A stretch of DNA of 64,000 nucleotides from Saprospiraceae bacterium (GTDB lineage: Bacteria > Bacteroidota > Bacteroidia > Chitinophagales > Saprospiraceae). Under the pieces are notes generated by a model, which saw only the letters and a list, made by a program, of their open reading frames with translations, did no database searches and was not told where the DNA came from. How positions within the stretch are numbered: position 1 is the first letter of the stretch; each line of letters opens with the position of its first letter. Below are positions 63,001 through 64,000 of the stretch, piece after piece. The translations under genes and the position numbers were made by a program. The stretch is taken from contig JBGARJ010000016.1 in NCBI GenBank assembly GCA_044230315.1, forward strand, positions 14,271 to 78,270, in the 5' to 3' direction.

Positions 63001-64000
63001 TTGGCATTGGCCAGTACGCCGTTGATAAAGATTTTATCGTTGGTGCCGTCGTGTACCACGGTCACATACGACCAGGCGCCCACCTTCAGTTCGTTGCCGC
63101 CGCCGGCGTCCATGTCGGAGATGCCGGAGGTGCTGTTGGTCGTCCAGACGAGTTTGCCGTGACCGGGCAGGGAGATTTTCCAGCGCTCCTGCCAGCCGCC
63201 GAAGGATAGCAGGTAGGCCTCGCCGTTGCCGGGCAGCGAATTGGGCTTGATCCAGAAACCGACCGTCGTATAGTTGGAATTCAACTGGGCCGAGTTGGCG
63301 GCGGTGATCTCAGATGAAGCGCCGTTGAAACGATACGCGCGGAACCCATAACCAAAGCGATCGGTGGCCGGCGCTACGTCGGTTGCTTGTGCGTTGTTGC
63401 CGAATGAGGATTCATCTACGGCATTGTTGCTGAACGGATAGGAAGCAACCAGTTGCTGCGACAGGTTCGGCGCAGTGCTTTGGGCGGTGTACAAGTCGGC
63501 GATCTGTTGGGCGCTGAGCGCCACGTCGAAGATTTCCACTTCGTCGAGGTTGCCGTCGAAATAGTTGCCCACATCGATCGGGTTGTAACCGATACCCAGG
63601 GGTTTGGTGGTGCTGTTGAGGGTGCCCGTCACCGCTTTCGCCGCCACTTGTGCGCCATCGATATAAATGCGGTCCATGGCGCCGTCGTGCACGAAGGCCA
63701 GGTGTTTCCACACGCCCGGAGTGAGCGCATTGGCGTCGCCGGCATCCATATCGGAGATGCCGGAGGTCTCGTTGGTGGTCCACACCAGTTTACCGTGGGT
63801 GGGCAGGGATACTTTCCAGCGCTCCTGCCAGCCGCCCAACGACAACAGGTAGGCCTCGCCTTGCCCGGGCAAATTGTTGACGTATATCCAGCAGCTTACA
63901 GTAGTATAATCGGAATTCAATACCGCCGAATTGGCGGCTAACAGGTAACTCTGTGTCCCGTCGAATTGGAACGCACTTTTGGCCCAGCCAAAACGGTCCT
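60048..64000 (-). CDS. giant modular LamG (concanavalin-A-like lectin) repeat protein with two FN3 domains and a T9SS C-terminal domain; the 5' end lies outside the window
   Basis: The frame stays open to the window edge (...DRFGWAKSAFQFDGTQSYLLAANSAVLNSDYTT). At least 5 modules of about 205 aa share LNSDYATVSFWV...GEAYLLSFGGWQERWKISLP...GISDMDAG...HDG--DKIFI-G...LDEVQIYN-AL. There are two FN3 domains (APTAPLDL..., PPTKPGNLSA...). Por tail: VFPNPATDRLLIKH. Confidence 0.85.
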   Translation of the reverse strand, partial: DRFGWAKSAFQFDGTQSYLLAANSAVLNSDYTTVSCWIYVNNLPGQGEAYLLSLGGWQERWKVSLPTHGKLVWTTNETSGISDMDAGDANALTPGVWKHLAFVHDGAMDRIYIDGAQVAAKAVTGTLNSTTKPLGIGYNPIDVGNYFDGNLDEVEIFDVALSAQQIADLYTAQSTAPNLSQQLVASYPFSNNAVDESSFGNNAQATDVAPATDRFGYGFRAYRFNGASSEITAANSAQLNSNYTTVGFWIKPNSLPGNGEAYLLSFGGWQERWKISLPGHGKLVWTTNSTSGISDMDAGGGNELKVGAWSYVTVVHDGTNDKIFINGVLANAKMVGGTLNSTTKPLGMGYNAVDGGSYFDGVLDEVQIYNYAFSNQQVADEFAAQSNFPGMISDLAAKYSFTGNTNDGSQFGNHASNGGATPAANRFGYASNAYHFAGKDSLLAANSVQLNSDYATISFWVKVDALPGSGEAYLLSNGGWQERWKISVPSHGKVVFTTNYENGISDMDAGDGHELPVGQWRHVAMVHDGAKDKIFINGVLANEKDVMGKLHATKYPLCIGSNPIDGGNYFNGSLDDIQIYNRALDDLEVADLYAQQSMAPNYTDELVANYTFDGNTNDETPFHNNAQASGALLAGDRFGQVNHAYAFNGATDEISATNSPQLNSDYATVSFWVNVKSLPGNGEAYLLSFGGWQERWKISLPQHGKVVWTTNATSGISDMDAGGGNELPVGQWKHVVMVHDGAKDKIFIDGVMKNEKAVTGTLNATTRPLGMGYNAVDGGSYFNGSLDEVQIYNRALSDTEVADLYASQSTPPANTDTEAPTAPLDLKAAVSFNNVTLSWQPATDNVGVVAYNVFRDGVKINTTSSTSIWLPGLTPLTEFTFGVTAVDAAGNESLTTTVKATTDEDQTPDVTPPTKPGNLSATTGAHSVLLAWDASVDDRKVAGYVVRVDGVVYDTLPGNSTSALVGGLDSETPYTFEVYAFDPAGNNSDIAEITVSTDKEIDTGEPGLVAWYPFEGNANDVTPYANNGVIGGNPVFEPVVHPNGSGMAIKFDGNGDSVLAPNAVQLISDYATVSFWVRVDNTNIADAEAYILDFGHWSQRWKVSLPPHLKIVWTTNSKNAQFPNFISDMDSGDGNEMVKGFWWYVTMVHDGTNDIIYVNGQQANIKPALGILNTTGRPLGMGSNPIEGGQYFNGALDELKIYNKALTGGEIAHLYETGTTGTDEYLSGDLLQVVQDVFPNPATDRLLIKHRLDGQQPLLLRVFDVQGRQIDAVRFDQHEVPADLITLNVRNYPQGSYFLNFVLGGKSLGSVKFNKQ

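Noticed and set aside
60051-63209. Very long ORFs antisense to real genes. Examples: 60051..63209 (1052 aa), 17134..18576, 16036..17124, 45663..47015, 52483..53832, 54229..55203, 22635..24098, 4155..5336, 6485..7474, 8865..9923, 25188..26015, 48495..49349, 58875..59708.
   Set aside because: Their translations are low-complexity and rich in Arg/Gly/Ala/Pro/His, with no motifs. Each lies opposite a gene with clear family signatures. Such shadow ORFs are expected in GC-rich DNA.

Overview
This is a 64-kb chromosomal segment from a GC-rich member of the Bacteroidota. That assignment is an inference from several Por/T9SS C-terminal sorting domains, TAnnTTTG -7 promoter boxes at sensible distances from start codons, and the absence of Shine-Dalgarno sequences. 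A Saprospiria-like lineage is possible but low confidence. I can support about 45 protein genes, mostly housekeeping. They include an aromatic amino-acid operon (pheA, aminotransferase, tyrA, DAHP synthase/chorismate mutase), a GH29 fucosidase, tatA, tatC, lpxK, purF, a polyprenyl synthase, an intein-containing dnaB, one tRNA-Phe(GAA), a sigma-54 response regulator and an ECF sigma factor. There are also very large repeat-built T9SS cargo proteins: a GloVer-type repeat protein, a Kelch protein and a multi-LamG giant. I see no rRNA, CRISPR array, transposase, phage gene or recognisable defence operon. I did not find a convincing novel multi-gene protein system. The most novel-looking signals are at the RNA/DNA level: (1) a 30-codon Tyr/Phe-rich leader ORF plus intrinsic terminator in front of the aromatic operon, a candidate ribosome-mediated attenuator. 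(2) A tight cluster of DnaA boxes next to an AT-rich tract just upstream of dnaB, a candidate oriC or DnaA-controlled promoter. (3) A roughly 150-bp structured dispersed repeat family present three times. (4) A roughly 560-bp MITE-like element with terminal inverted repeats abutting the purF stop codon, carrying a nested 195-nt palindrome. (5) A 32-bp perfect-arm palindrome. (6) A roughly 200-bp array of about 21 GGTTTCAG units. (7) A 424-codon LAGLIDADG intein in DnaB. All protein calls come from reading the supplied translations and remembering motifs. No database search or folding program was run.
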